41,598 bases of DNA from a virus, in the UHGV virus genome UHGV-0209794, one strand, 5' to 3'. Position numbers and translations under genes: made by a program. This document shows positions 27,255 through 36,068 of this stretch, in pieces. Within the stretch, counting starts at the first letter, position 1. Every line of letters begins with the position of its first letter. The notes under the pieces are model-generated. The model made no database searches and was not told the origin of the DNA. It saw only the letters and a program-made list of their open reading frames with translations.

Positions 27255-28760
27255 ATGACAACTATTTTTAAAACCCCCTTTGCAACACAAGGGGATAAGG
27301 CTTCTATACCCGTAGAAATCCAGCCAGACGGCTCAGTGTCTTATACACAAGGTTATGGTTACGACTATGAGCGTGACCAAGTCACAGATCCTGCTGCGAA
27401 AGATATTGAACGTGAAAAAATGAACGGGATATTTCACGATATCACGGAAGCGATTGGCGAAATTCAGCGATTTGGTTTTCCCAAATGGGATGAAGCCGGT
27501 AAGCCGTATGCGATACGCACTATTGTGTATCATAAAAATAAAGTCTGGCAGTCTAAAGTTGAGAATAACAATATTGAGCCAGTTGCCGGTAATGCATGGG
27601 CTGAGCTAAAAGCTGATATCACCGCGAATGAAGTGGGTGCTTATAACAAAGCCGAGGCTGATAAACGTTTTCAACCATTAGGTAATTACACACCATCTGG
27701 TTATAGTTACTCAAAGGCAGAAACCGACACCAAATATCAGCCAAAGGGTAATTATGCCCCAGCAGGGAACTACGCAAACAAAGGGGATAGTTACACAAAA
27801 ACGGAAAGTGACGGTCGATATCAAGCGAAAGGGAGTTACCAACCGTCTGGTAATTATGCACTAGCAGGGGCATCGTATATTAAGGCAGAATCAGATGGCC
27901 GATATCAACCTAAAGGAAATTATTTACGTACAGATAGTACAGGGGATACTAAATTATTTAATTACGGTGTTGGTAAGCACGCTTATATAAGTTGGAATGA
28001 AGGAGGAAAACGTACTGCATATATTGGATTTGGTAATGATGGTGCAGATGTATTAACTATTAACAATGTTAAGCAAGGTGGATCACTTGGTATCTACAAA
28101 GATAAAATAACGCTTAATAGCCAAACTGTACTTACTGATAGTAACGGTTATACACGCGATATGTCAGATGGAAAATTTCAACCTAAGGGAAACTATGCAA
28201 CAGCTGGAAGTAGCTACACAAAAGCGGAAAGTGACGGACGTTATCAAGGTAAGGGAAATTACCAACCAGCGGGCAATTATGCGCTAGTAGGAGCATCGTA
28301 TACTAAGGCAGAGTCTGATGGTAAATACCAACCAAAAGGCAGTTATCAAGCTTCTGGTTACAGCTATTCAAAATCAGAATCAGATGGTAAGTATCAGCCT
28401 AAAGGGAGCTATGTACCTAATACACGAAAGATTAATGGTAAGCAATTGAGTTCTGATATCAGTATAAACATTGGAGATATTAAACTAAAAAACGCGCGTA
28501 AAATTTGGAATGGCAACGCTCCCCAAGGCACATTAATAAAACTAAATGAAAGTATTAAGGGTTGTTTGTGTGAGTTTGGGGTAGCCGAAGAGAATAAATC
28601 AACAATTGCTTTTGTATCTCCTAGGCCAGTAAAAACAGTTATTAATATTCGTCAAGGTGCAACAGGATTTGTTGATATTATTATTGAGCCAGATGGACGA
28701 GGATTCACAGTGTTAGGTGCACAATGGGCGACATTGAAAGACATTTGGATACTTGAATAA
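27255..28760 (+). CDS. tail fibre protein with tandem fibre repeats
   Basis: 501 aa with about 9 tandem copies of an SY(T/S)KAESDG(R/K)YQPKG(N/S)Y-type repeat (residues ~125-385) and a distinct C-terminal domain. Confidence 0.7.
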   Translation: MTTIFKTPFATQGDKASIPVEIQPDGSVSYTQGYGYDYERDQVTDPAAKDIEREKMNGIFHDITEAIGEIQRFGFPKWDEAGKPYAIRTIVYHKNKVWQSKVENNNIEPVAGNAWAELKADITANEVGAYNKAEADKRFQPLGNYTPSGYSYSKAETDTKYQPKGNYAPAGNYANKGDSYTKTESDGRYQAKGSYQPSGNYALAGASYIKAESDGRYQPKGNYLRTDSTGDTKLFNYGVGKHAYISWNEGGKRTAYIGFGNDGADVLTINNVKQGGSLGIYKDKITLNSQTVLTDSNGYTRDMSDGKFQPKGNYATAGSSYTKAESDGRYQGKGNYQPAGNYALVGASYTKAESDGKYQPKGSYQASGYSYSKSESDGKYQPKGSYVPNTRKINGKQLSSDISINIGDIKLKNARKIWNGNAPQGTLIKLNESIKGCLCEFGVAEENKSTIAFVSPRPVKTVINIRQGATGFVDIIIEPDGRGFTVLGAQWATLKDIWILE

Positions 28761-28772
28761 TATTATAAACAC

Positions 28773-28815
28773 CCCTTACATTCTTATTATATATATTAAT
28801 GTAAGGGAAATTTTT
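28773..28815. terminator. bidirectional intrinsic terminator between convergent tail fibre and acetyltransferase genes
   Basis: 10-bp inverted repeat CCCTTACATT...AATGTAAGGG with an AT loop, flanked by A/T runs. Confidence 0.45.
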
Positions 28816-28817
28816 AA

Positions 28818-29435
28818 TTACCAAATTTTTCTATTATCTTTTTCTGAGAGTCTGAGTGTATTACTGATTTTTGGCGTATAAACAACCATGTTATCTGGTA
28901 TATTATTATTAATAAAACTCATTGCACCAACCATGACATTATTACCAATTTTAATATTATCACCTATGATGCAAGAGTTCGCACCAATAGTTACATTATT
29001 TCCGATATGGATTTTTCCTTTTTGACCAGAATATAGTATACCTATAGTTGTATTTTGTCTTACGTGAAAATTTTCACCAATAATTGTATCGTAGGCTATA
29101 ACTAAGCCAACATAGTGGCTAATCGATAATCCGACGCCAATTTCTGCTCCAACATCTATATCGCATCCATATTTTGCACGAAGTCGTCTATTTATATAGT
29201 TAGCCATAAAGATACTTTTATTTGATTTATATAGAAAACTAGCTATTCTCCACCAGAAATAAAAACGACGCTCAGGATATTTCCATGCTCTTTGAATTGT
29301 TCTTCTCCATGAAAACCCCTTTGTGTCAGATTTTATAACTTCTTTTTGTAAACAAAGTTTTAAAAATTCTATTTGTGAATGGTTCATATAAATACGCTTA
29401 TAAAATAAGTTTTTTATATGATAGTTTATCAACAA
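28818..29435 (-). CDS. hexapeptide-repeat (LbH) O-acetyltransferase, CysE/WcaB-like
   Basis: C-terminal VGAEIGVGLSISHYVGLVIAYDTIIGENFHV...IGNNVTIGANSCIIGDNIKIGNNVMVGA hexapeptide repeats align with serine/sugar O-acetyltransferases. AT-rich island; the true start may be the second Met. Confidence 0.6.
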   Translation of the reverse strand: MLINYHIKNLFYKRIYMNHSQIEFLKLCLQKEVIKSDTKGFSWRRTIQRAWKYPERRFYFWWRIASFLYKSNKSIFMANYINRRLRAKYGCDIDVGAEIGVGLSISHYVGLVIAYDTIIGENFHVRQNTTIGILYSGQKGKIHIGNNVTIGANSCIIGDNIKIGNNVMVGAMSFINNNIPDNMVVYTPKISNTLRLSEKDNRKIW

Positions 29436-29445
29436 TCGATAATCA

Positions 29446-29697
29446 TTAACTTTTTATAATTGATTTACCATCAAAATACTTTTCCAACTTCTCAAACAAA
29501 TCCCTCGCCACAGCCTCCGTCATATACGTCCTCATCGGTTCCCTACGAACATTCTTCATTTCAAACGTATTCTCATCAAGCTTTGGATCAGAAAAAACAA
29601 TGTCCATAAACAAGTAACCATAAGGGTTATCTGCAGATAAACGAGCTTCTTCTAACTGAGCAATATATTCCGCATTATTGATTTCAAGCTTAATCAT
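29446..29697 (-). CDS. hypothetical protein in moron operon
   Basis: 83-aa ORF packed between the DinI-like and acetyltransferase genes. Confidence 0.35.
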   Translation of the reverse strand: MIKLEINNAEYIAQLEEARLSADNPYGYLFMDIVFSDPKLDENTFEMKNVRREPMRTYMTEAVARDLFEKLEKYFDGKSIIKS

Positions 29698-29721
29698 GGT
29701 ATCACCTATTTAACTGTGTTT

Positions 29722-29967
29722 TTATGCAGGAACCCATGAATCATCGAGCCAAATTTCTTCAATGATTTGGTTTATTTCTTTAGCATCATCATCATTTTTG
29801 GTACCGCTTACTATTAGTGATGTTGATGAACTTAAGGCCACTCTGACGTTTAAAGAACCATATTTGTTTCCGACTTTTTGAATGATTCTCTCACGAAGGG
29901 CATCGCGTACTTTTTCTGAGGGTTTGTTGCTAGATTCTTTATCAAAGAGAATTTCAATACGAGGCAT
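29722..29967 (-). CDS. DinI-family protein
   Basis: MPRIEILFDK...LNVRVALSSSTSLIVSGTKNDDDAKEINQIIEEIWLDDSWV parallels E. coli DinI (MRIEVTIAK...VSVRYAAANNLSVIGATKEDKQRISEILQETWESADDWF). 81 aa. Confidence 0.7.
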   Translation of the reverse strand: MPRIEILFDKESSNKPSEKVRDALRERIIQKVGNKYGSLNVRVALSSSTSLIVSGTKNDDDAKEINQIIEEIWLDDSWVPA

Positions 29968-29997
29968 AATGTAATCTCCATGTGTGTTGTTTATCTT

Positions 29998-30017
29998 TAC
30001 TGTATATATAACCAGTA
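29998..30017. promoter_or_regulatory. LexA (SOS) box TACTGTATATATAACCAGTA overlapping promoter of dinI-like operon
   Basis: 18 of 20 matches to TACTGTATATATATACAGTA, about 30 nt upstream of the DinI-like ATG. On the minus strand it is flanked by TTGATA-N17-TTATAT. Confidence 0.55.
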
Positions 30018-30039
30018 AAATAATTTTTTATCAAGCACA

Positions 30040-30350
30040 GATGGAAAATTTTTGTGTTACTGGAAGGGGGATTTTTGTGTTACACGTAAAAACAACAGAA
30101 AAGCAAATCGCAACACAAGATATTAATTTATTGATTTACAATGCATTTAATATGATTGATACACATATCGCAGTTAATACAGCGTTTTGTAATTAATAAA
30201 GACATATCAATAATTTACATTTAATTAAGTTAATAATCAGTAACTTATATCTTGCACCTATTAGTTACTATCGTCTGTTACTTGTGTTTTTATACAGTAT
30301 GATTTACATTGAATAACTCTAATTCGTAACACAAAACCGCAACACATACT
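30040..30350. other. candidate attP / integrase arm-type site region
   Basis: AT-rich noncoding stretch just upstream of int. It holds direct repeats TTTTTGTGTTAC (30049-30060, 30072-30083), an inverted copy GTAACACAAAA (30326-30336), and CGCAACACA at 30109 and 30338. Confidence 0.25.
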
Positions 30351-30421
30351 GTTTTTACTGCTCTTAAAATACCTAATGTGTGAGCTTTAAATTTAATGTG
30401 TTGAAATACCGGAGTATTTCA

Positions 30422-31822
30422 ATGTCAAATATAGCAACACAAAAGCAAAAAACACCAGATAATGATGAATATACAGACGCTCTTAGTCGTTGGGAGTCAT
30501 GTAAGCCACCTTACACAAGTACACACATAAGAATCTGTGTTACTGCTGTCAAAACCATTTTAAAGCATATCAATAAACCACGTCGCTCTAAATATGAAAA
30601 AGAGCACTACTTGCGTATTGATTTTAGTAAGGCGGGTAAGGTTACCATATACGCGGAATATCCTAAACACATGGATATAAAAGGCCAGAAATTAGGGGAA
30701 TGGCCAGAACTATCATTACCAATAGCAAGAGAGAAAGCGAAAGCATTAGCTGAAGAAGGGCTAAGAGCTGAATCTGTTCATCAACTATTAGATCTTTATG
30801 AAAAAGATTTAGCAGGGAAAGTCGAACGCTCAAAGTTAAGTGAAAATAGTTTTTATACTTATCGTTGCAGAGTAAAACAACTGAAGCTAACGTTCGGATC
30901 GCGTGAAGTTTTTAGTGATGTGAAATACTCACGATTAATAGAAATATTGGATAATTGGATACAAACAAAATCAAATAATCATGCATTAGAGTTATTTGCT
31001 GAGATGCGCCGATTTTGGAAATATGCATCCCCCATTTATTCTAATGGAAGAAATATTGCGTCGAGCATTCCTGATGATTATGTGTCGTCACGGGTGCAGA
31101 AACCCATGCCAACGAAACGATATACTGATATTGAGTCCATTGCCACCTTATGGATGAACGTTGCTTCAAGCACCTCTGTGCATCAAAAAAATGCAGTTAG
31201 ATATATGATCCTCACTGGAGTTAGACCAATCAATGTTGTCAATTTGAAGTGGGAATATGTTGATTTAGATAACTTAGAAATAACTTATCCAGCTGGTTTA
31301 ATTGGTATGCGTGGTGCAATGAAAACTCAAAAAGAGTTTAGAGTGCCAATTACAAAGGCAATGAAAAGCTTACTCGAGGAACAATTAGCTTGGAAAAATT
31401 CCACTGTTAATTGCAATAAAGAATATGTTTTCCTACAACCTAGAGATCCACAATTAGCGTTTTCTAAACGTTCATTGGATAAATTAGTTAAAACATATAG
31501 CCCTGAAGGGGCGGTGAAGGGTGTAGTGCATGAGGGAACGGTGAAGGGAAAGTCCGGAGCATTTAATACTATGTGCCGTAAGTTTTTTAAAAGTAATATA
31601 ATTGCACAAATGCGTCAAAAAGGCTTTTCACGTTCTGATACTAAAGAAATTAGCATGCTATGTTTACATCACTCTGATAAAAGTGAAGATCCAATGGCTG
31701 AACATTATGACTTTTCTGATGAGATACTGCAGGAAGAGATAGCGCTAAAGCGTCAAGCATTTGAGGCACATGAAAATAGTATCTTGACTCAAGTAGCGCT
31801 ATTACGTCGTAAACTTAGTTAA
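30422..31822 (+). CDS. tyrosine-type integrase (phage integrase family, atypical C-terminal motifs)
   Basis: LTGVRPINVVNLKWEYVDLD (box I Arg) and FRVPITKAM, with Tyr near the C-terminus (EHYDF). Start taken at ATG 30422, which has GGAG 7 nt upstream; the ORF track starts at 30380. Confidence 0.6.
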   Translation: MSNIATQKQKTPDNDEYTDALSRWESCKPPYTSTHIRICVTAVKTILKHINKPRRSKYEKEHYLRIDFSKAGKVTIYAEYPKHMDIKGQKLGEWPELSLPIAREKAKALAEEGLRAESVHQLLDLYEKDLAGKVERSKLSENSFYTYRCRVKQLKLTFGSREVFSDVKYSRLIEILDNWIQTKSNNHALELFAEMRRFWKYASPIYSNGRNIASSIPDDYVSSRVQKPMPTKRYTDIESIATLWMNVASSTSVHQKNAVRYMILTGVRPINVVNLKWEYVDLDNLEITYPAGLIGMRGAMKTQKEFRVPITKAMKSLLEEQLAWKNSTVNCNKEYVFLQPRDPQLAFSKRSLDKLVKTYSPEGAVKGVVHEGTVKGKSGAFNTMCRKFFKSNIIAQMRQKGFSRSDTKEISMLCLHHSDKSEDPMAEHYDFSDEILQEEIALKRQAFEAHENSILTQVALLRRKLS

Positions 31823-32094
31823 TAAGTGCTTCTACATTTTTCAATAAATGCTTTTATATTTTTGTACTCGTATCGAACAACTTTATTGGTAAATTTGATT
31901 GGTGCGAGTATTTTTCTGTGACGATGTCTATTATTCCAATCGCATAATGTTTTAGTGCTAATTCCTCCTAGTTCAATACAAGCCTCTTCAGGAGTTAACA
32001 TATCATCATCTTCATACTCTTTGTTTTTAACGTTATCTGGGATATTTGTCGTTTCTTTTTTTGTTTTGCGTTCTACGCATACGTCTGTTTTCAT
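31819..32094 (-). CDS. AlpA/excisionase-family HTH protein
   Basis: LTPEEACIELGGISTKTLCDWNNRHRHRKILAPIKFTNKVVRYEYKNIKAFIE is AlpA/Xis-like. The start at 32094 is preceded by GAGGCAAGACCGAA; an alternative shorter start lies at 32001. Confidence 0.5.
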   Translation of the reverse strand: MKTDVCVERKTKKETTNIPDNVKNKEYEDDDMLTPEEACIELGGISTKTLCDWNNRHRHRKILAPIKFTNKVVRYEYKNIKAFIEKCRSTY

Positions 32095-32266
32095 TTCGGT
32101 CTTGCCTCATCATATTAGATATTAACAAGTCGGCAGTCTGACAAGCATTTTTTATTTCTATATCGGTGCAAGATTTATTTTTTATACTCGATGCAAGCCG
32201 GCCTAATTTAATATCAAAATCTGTTAATAATTGAGAACCTGGTTCCCAAGGTGTTAATAATTTCAT
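32033..32266 (-). CDS. hypothetical small protein (uncertain)
   Basis: ORF-track frame starting at MKLLTPWEPG. It overlaps the AlpA-like ORF by ~60 nt, so one of the two starts is probably wrong. Confidence 0.2.
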   Translation of the reverse strand: MKLLTPWEPGSQLLTDFDIKLGRLASSIKNKSCTDIEIKNACQTADLLISNMMRQDRNENRRMRRTQNKKRNDKYPR

Positions 32267-32508
32267 GGTGGTTACCCATTGGTCTTGAATAAACCACCAT
32301 GCTAATAACAACGAAAAGTAAAAACTGATTATGCTTAATCAACTTTTTACTCGAATAATTCCCTCCACTGGATAGCATTCTGCAATTTTCCCTTTGGTCG
32401 CGAGTAATTCCTTATCAATTAAACAATTTTGTTCATCAGGATAAATGTAGCCATAGGGTTCGAACTGACAAATCATCGAACTACATACCAAAAGGAATAA
32501 ACCATACA

Positions 32509-32679
32509 TTATTGTTCACTCCTTTGTTGCTCCGCGGGAGTAGGCTGAAGTTCAATTTTGACGTGTGCAGGAAAATCGTATGAAACATGGCAACGTCTAT
32601 CTGTTGAAACAAAACCGTATGATCCATCTGGTAATGTGATTTTTACTGCTTGGTCTTTTTGTTGGGAGTGTCTTAGCAT
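32509..32679 (-). CDS. hypothetical small protein
   Basis: Start set at the internal ATG 32679 (MLRHSQQKDQ...), which is immediately preceded by AAAGAGGCAAGACCA. 56 aa. Confidence 0.35.
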   Translation of the reverse strand: MLRHSQQKDQAVKITLPDGSYGFVSTDRRCHVSYDFPAHVKIELQPTPAEQQRSEQ

Positions 32680-32934
32680 TGGTCTTGCCTCTTTGTGACA
32701 TGTCACACTAATGAATAATAGCTGTATTTATAGGGCGCCCCAGTTGTAGCAATAACGCTTTTTGCATCGATGAAAGTGCTTGCTGTTCTTGCTCTGTGAC
32801 ATTTTTTGTTGATGCCGTAGACCATTCGATACTGCATTTATTTGTTGTTTCATCATGGGTAATAACAACTTCTAACTTCATGGCCATAACGTTTATCTCC
32901 TGATAATGCGCCCAAGAAAGGGCGCTATTATGAA

Positions 32935-33435
32935 TTAACGAACCATTAATGAACGTTCACCAACTTCAAGATGTGCTCCGGGAATTTCAATACCATTTTC
33001 AAGCGCTTCTTTGATTCCTTTTTTATCGGGCGCTGTGATGGTTTTAACATCAACCAACTCATCTGGTAGTAGTGCTTCATTATCAATAATTACTGAAACA
33101 CTACCTTTTCGTGCTGTAAATGTATTCTTTGTTGTTTTTAATTTATCTAATCCTGAAGCCAATAAGCAGTTAAGAGCATATTCCTTTAGGTTTTTAGCTT
33201 GGTTTTCGAATGATTTTTTACGATCAGATAAACGTTTAGATTCTTCATCAAGTGTTTTAGCTTGACCTTCGATATTGCGAACGTGGTGCATAATTGCATC
33301 CAATTTGTCACCTAACTCGCCCTCGATACCTGCCAATGTATCTGCGATATCTTCAGCAGTGAATTCTCCTGTTTCAACGAGTTGCTGTAATTTTTCATAA
33401 TTGGTCGCCAGTGCGATAGCGGTAGTATTGGTCAT
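32935..33435 (-). CDS. Gp157-family protein (Sipho_Gp157-like)
   Basis: 166 aa from MTNTTAIALATNYEKLQQLVETGEFTAEDIADTLAGIEGEL... Lies directly downstream of the annealing-protein gene (TAATG overlap), the usual Sak/Gp157 pairing. Confidence 0.5.
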   Translation of the reverse strand: MTNTTAIALATNYEKLQQLVETGEFTAEDIADTLAGIEGELGDKLDAIMHHVRNIEGQAKTLDEESKRLSDRKKSFENQAKNLKEYALNCLLASGLDKLKTTKNTFTARKGSVSVIIDNEALLPDELVDVKTITAPDKKGIKEALENGIEIPGAHLEVGERSLMVR

Positions 33436-35402
33436 TAGATTGCCTCTTCTTTCTGTTTCAGTTTGTCTAAACACTCTTTTTCGATTTGGTTTAATCGACG
33501 TAAACGGCCAGACAAATACTTCTCGTAATCTTCGTCACGACGTTCTTTGGCTGATTTAATATGTGCAGAAATTTCGCGTGTTAATGTCGATGCAATACCT
33601 CGTAATTCATTTGCTGTAACAGCACTACGCATCACTTCTGTATGTTTAGTAAATTTCTCGTCTAATTCTTTGCGAATACGTGTGATATCTTCCGCTTTTT
33701 CACTGGCATTTTTGATTTCAAACTCAAGCTTATTGCTTACTATATATTCAGGGTTATCATGCATACCCATAAAGACATCAGAGCTAAAACCAAGCATCGA
33801 TAGGGCTTTTTTGATGGCATCAGTGAGTGATTTTTTAATAGCTTCACCATCAACTTTAATGCCATAGTTAGTTTGATAGCGGTATGGTGTTGCACCATAG
33901 CTTTCAAATTCACCGCGGGTTTCACATTCGATGATGTACCAAAAACGGATCTTAATTGAGTGGTTTTGTTCGCAGAATAACGAGCCATCAGCATCACGTA
34001 AAAAACGGGTTGCGACTTGTTTATTACGCTCATCAAGGACAGGTTCTAAAAGAGGCTTTCCATCAATAAATTTTTCTTCAAGGACTTCATATCCCCAACC
34101 TTCACCAATAGGACCGAATATTTCAGTTGCACGCATAAACATGTAAGTGCTGTTTATACTGGTTCCCGTAAATCCCACGCCTTCTAATGGCTTAGTAAAG
34201 CGCGGGTCTGTACGTTGTACTTGTTTCCAAATACTTAGGTTATTAGCGTCACTCGCGTTAAGAACTTCATCAATAACACTGGCACGTTGCTCAAAATTAT
34301 CTTGTTGTGCTGATGGTGTTTCGGGTTCTTTAGGCTCTACAGTTTGTTCAACCACCGGAGAACTTTCTGTTTTAGGGGCTACTTCTTGCTTTTTACGTGA
34401 ACGTTTAGGCTTAGTTTCCTTTTCAACGGTACTTTTGCTAGATACCGAAGGGGTATTATCCAATTGGTTAGAAGTGATACTTTCTTCTTTTTCAGCATTG
34501 CCAGTAGGCTTGTTAATACCTAAATGACGGTCAATAAATTCTTTTCGCGCATTGGGATTATCTAATAACTCAGGCTGTTTTTTACTTTCAGCTATTAACG
34601 AGAAAATCTTTTCACGTGGTATATCCAAGATGCCAGCTGTTGTGCGTAAATCCATTGACCAGCGTTTCCATGCTTTGTCGTCGTCATCTATCAGTTCTTT
34701 GGCTTTTTTTACTTGAGATGCGAGGACATTATTAGGATCAAAGTCATCTAACAGTGCTAAGGCAATTTCGGTATCTATGGTTGAATAGTTACGTTTGATA
34801 GAAGATGTTTCTTCTTGTTGTTGTTCTGGTTCTTCGGTTAGCCAGCTTTCACCTAATGATTTAGCTTCTTCAACGGTGACATCTTCATTAGCAAACTCAT
34901 AGATAGCCTGTGCTATTTCCATTGTTTGCTCAGCATCCATCAAAGAAAGTTTTGTTATTTCAGCTAGGCCTGTAGCGATATTACGAATTTTGGGATCTTC
35001 TTTTCCTGCCAAATATTCCAGAGCAGTTGAAAACTCATTGTTAGTTATTTGAGTCTTTCCAAATAAAAGTAAACACGCAATTCTGGGCTTCGTTCCTAGT
35101 TTTTTGAAATTCTTATATTCAATAGGTTTCCATTGAGTTCCATCAAACTCATTTTCAACAGCAAATTTCTCATCGAATATATCTAAAGTAGGGCAAACAG
35201 AGCCGTCAAGGTGTTCGCTAATTAACGGATCATCAGTGTTAAAGTTATCCATAGCTTCTGGATATGCTTCAGATAATTTTACTACTGCAGTCGCTGTTGC
35301 CAGTTTTGCATTAGCGGTGTTTAACGCTATGGCCAGCGGTACAGCACCGTTGTTTGTACGAGCCTCGGTCGTAGGCTCAAATACACAGATAAAAGTTTTC
35401 AT
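33435..35402 (-). CDS. Rad52/Sak-type single-strand annealing protein fused to large N-terminal domain
   Basis: C-terminal region GVGFTGTS...IFGPIGEGWGYEV...YGATPYRYQTNYGIKVDGEAIKKSLTDAIKKALSMLGF parallels the Rad52 core (GFGTS...IFGYNGWSTEV...YGT...AKKSAVTDALKRSLRGFG). The N-terminal ~380 aa are unrelated and include a K/E/S/P-rich linker. Start is preceded by AAAAGAGGCAAGACCA. Confidence 0.6.
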   Translation of the reverse strand: MKTFICVFEPTTEARTNNGAVPLAIALNTANAKLATATAVVKLSEAYPEAMDNFNTDDPLISEHLDGSVCPTLDIFDEKFAVENEFDGTQWKPIEYKNFKKLGTKPRIACLLLFGKTQITNNEFSTALEYLAGKEDPKIRNIATGLAEITKLSLMDAEQTMEIAQAIYEFANEDVTVEEAKSLGESWLTEEPEQQQEETSSIKRNYSTIDTEIALALLDDFDPNNVLASQVKKAKELIDDDDKAWKRWSMDLRTTAGILDIPREKIFSLIAESKKQPELLDNPNARKEFIDRHLGINKPTGNAEKEESITSNQLDNTPSVSSKSTVEKETKPKRSRKKQEVAPKTESSPVVEQTVEPKEPETPSAQQDNFEQRASVIDEVLNASDANNLSIWKQVQRTDPRFTKPLEGVGFTGTSINSTYMFMRATEIFGPIGEGWGYEVLEEKFIDGKPLLEPVLDERNKQVATRFLRDADGSLFCEQNHSIKIRFWYIIECETRGEFESYGATPYRYQTNYGIKVDGEAIKKSLTDAIKKALSMLGFSSDVFMGMHDNPEYIVSNKLEFEIKNASEKAEDITRIRKELDEKFTKHTEVMRSAVTANELRGIASTLTREISAHIKSAKERRDEDYEKYLSGRLRRLNQIEKECLDKLKQKEEAI

Positions 35403-35416
35403 TGGTCTTGCCTCTT

Positions 35417-35701
35417 TTATAAAATTCCTTTGCGATAATCTTTTTCTAACAAAGTTTCTTTACTACAAACTTCGATAGAGCCTTTCAATAATTCTTGGTT
35501 AGCTTTACCAATAGGATTATTAGGTCGAACATCTAACCCTTTTAATGGACGAGAAATTGAATCGAATTGACTAATAATCTCTTGGCGTTTTCTATCAACA
35601 CGAGCAATAACTTCGTCAAAGTGCTCTCCACAAGAAATGAATCCGCGATACTCATACGCTTCATATTCATCTATCTCTTTTTTACACAATGAACATTTCA
35701 T
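35417..35701 (-). CDS. small zinc-ribbon-like protein
   Basis: 94 aa with CSLC...C..H near the N-terminus. Confidence 0.35.
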   Translation of the reverse strand: MKCSLCKKEIDEYEAYEYRGFISCGEHFDEVIARVDRKRQEIISQFDSISRPLKGLDVRPNNPIGKANQELLKGSIEVCSKETLLEKDYRKGIL

Positions 35702-35712
35702 GAAATTACCTC

Positions 35713-36045
35713 CTAATAAGGGATTTCTTCGTCGGTTTTTGAAATGGGTTTGCCTTCCAAGCAGAGAAGCATTTGGATTTGATCTTCTAACAAGCTTGTT
35801 TTTACTTGGGCATCAGCTAGGATTTTTTCTTGTTCATTACGTAGAAAATCAATTTCAGCGTGAATGAGATCAGTTTGAGTAGGCTCTTTAAAAGGAACAT
35901 CAACAGTGTGTTCAGCAATAACAAAACCTAGTCCAGCATTGGGATCGGCTTTAAATGCGTAGGCTTTATATTGGTAAGAACCATCGAACTGTTTTTGAGC
36001 ATGAATATAGAGTGTGACTGTTAGGCTTTCAGGTTGTGCTTTCAT
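35713..36045 (-). CDS. hypothetical early protein
   Basis: 110-aa ORF with an AAGGAG RBS. Confidence 0.4.
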   Translation of the reverse strand: MKAQPESLTVTLYIHAQKQFDGSYQYKAYAFKADPNAGLGFVIAEHTVDVPFKEPTQTDLIHAEIDFLRNEQEKILADAQVKTSLLEDQIQMLLCLEGKPISKTDEEIPY

Positions 36046-36068
36046 AGCAACTCCTTTAAAATAACTGC

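Noticed and set aside
29984-30196. 70-aa ORF in the AT-rich region upstream of int
   Set aside because: It lies in the repeat-bearing regulatory/att-like region, has no RBS, and shows AT-rich codon bias typical of noncoding DNA.
32300-32894. Two sub-60-aa minus-strand ORFs (about 32340-32510, a Cys-rich 57-aa peptide with a signal-like N-terminus, and 32715-32894, 59 aa)
   Set aside because: They are plausible small early genes but have no recognisable features or RBS support, so they were left unannotated.
33547-34527. Plus-strand ORFs (71-126 aa) antisense to the annealing-protein gene
   Set aside because: Low-complexity translations antisense to a strongly supported minus-strand ORF.
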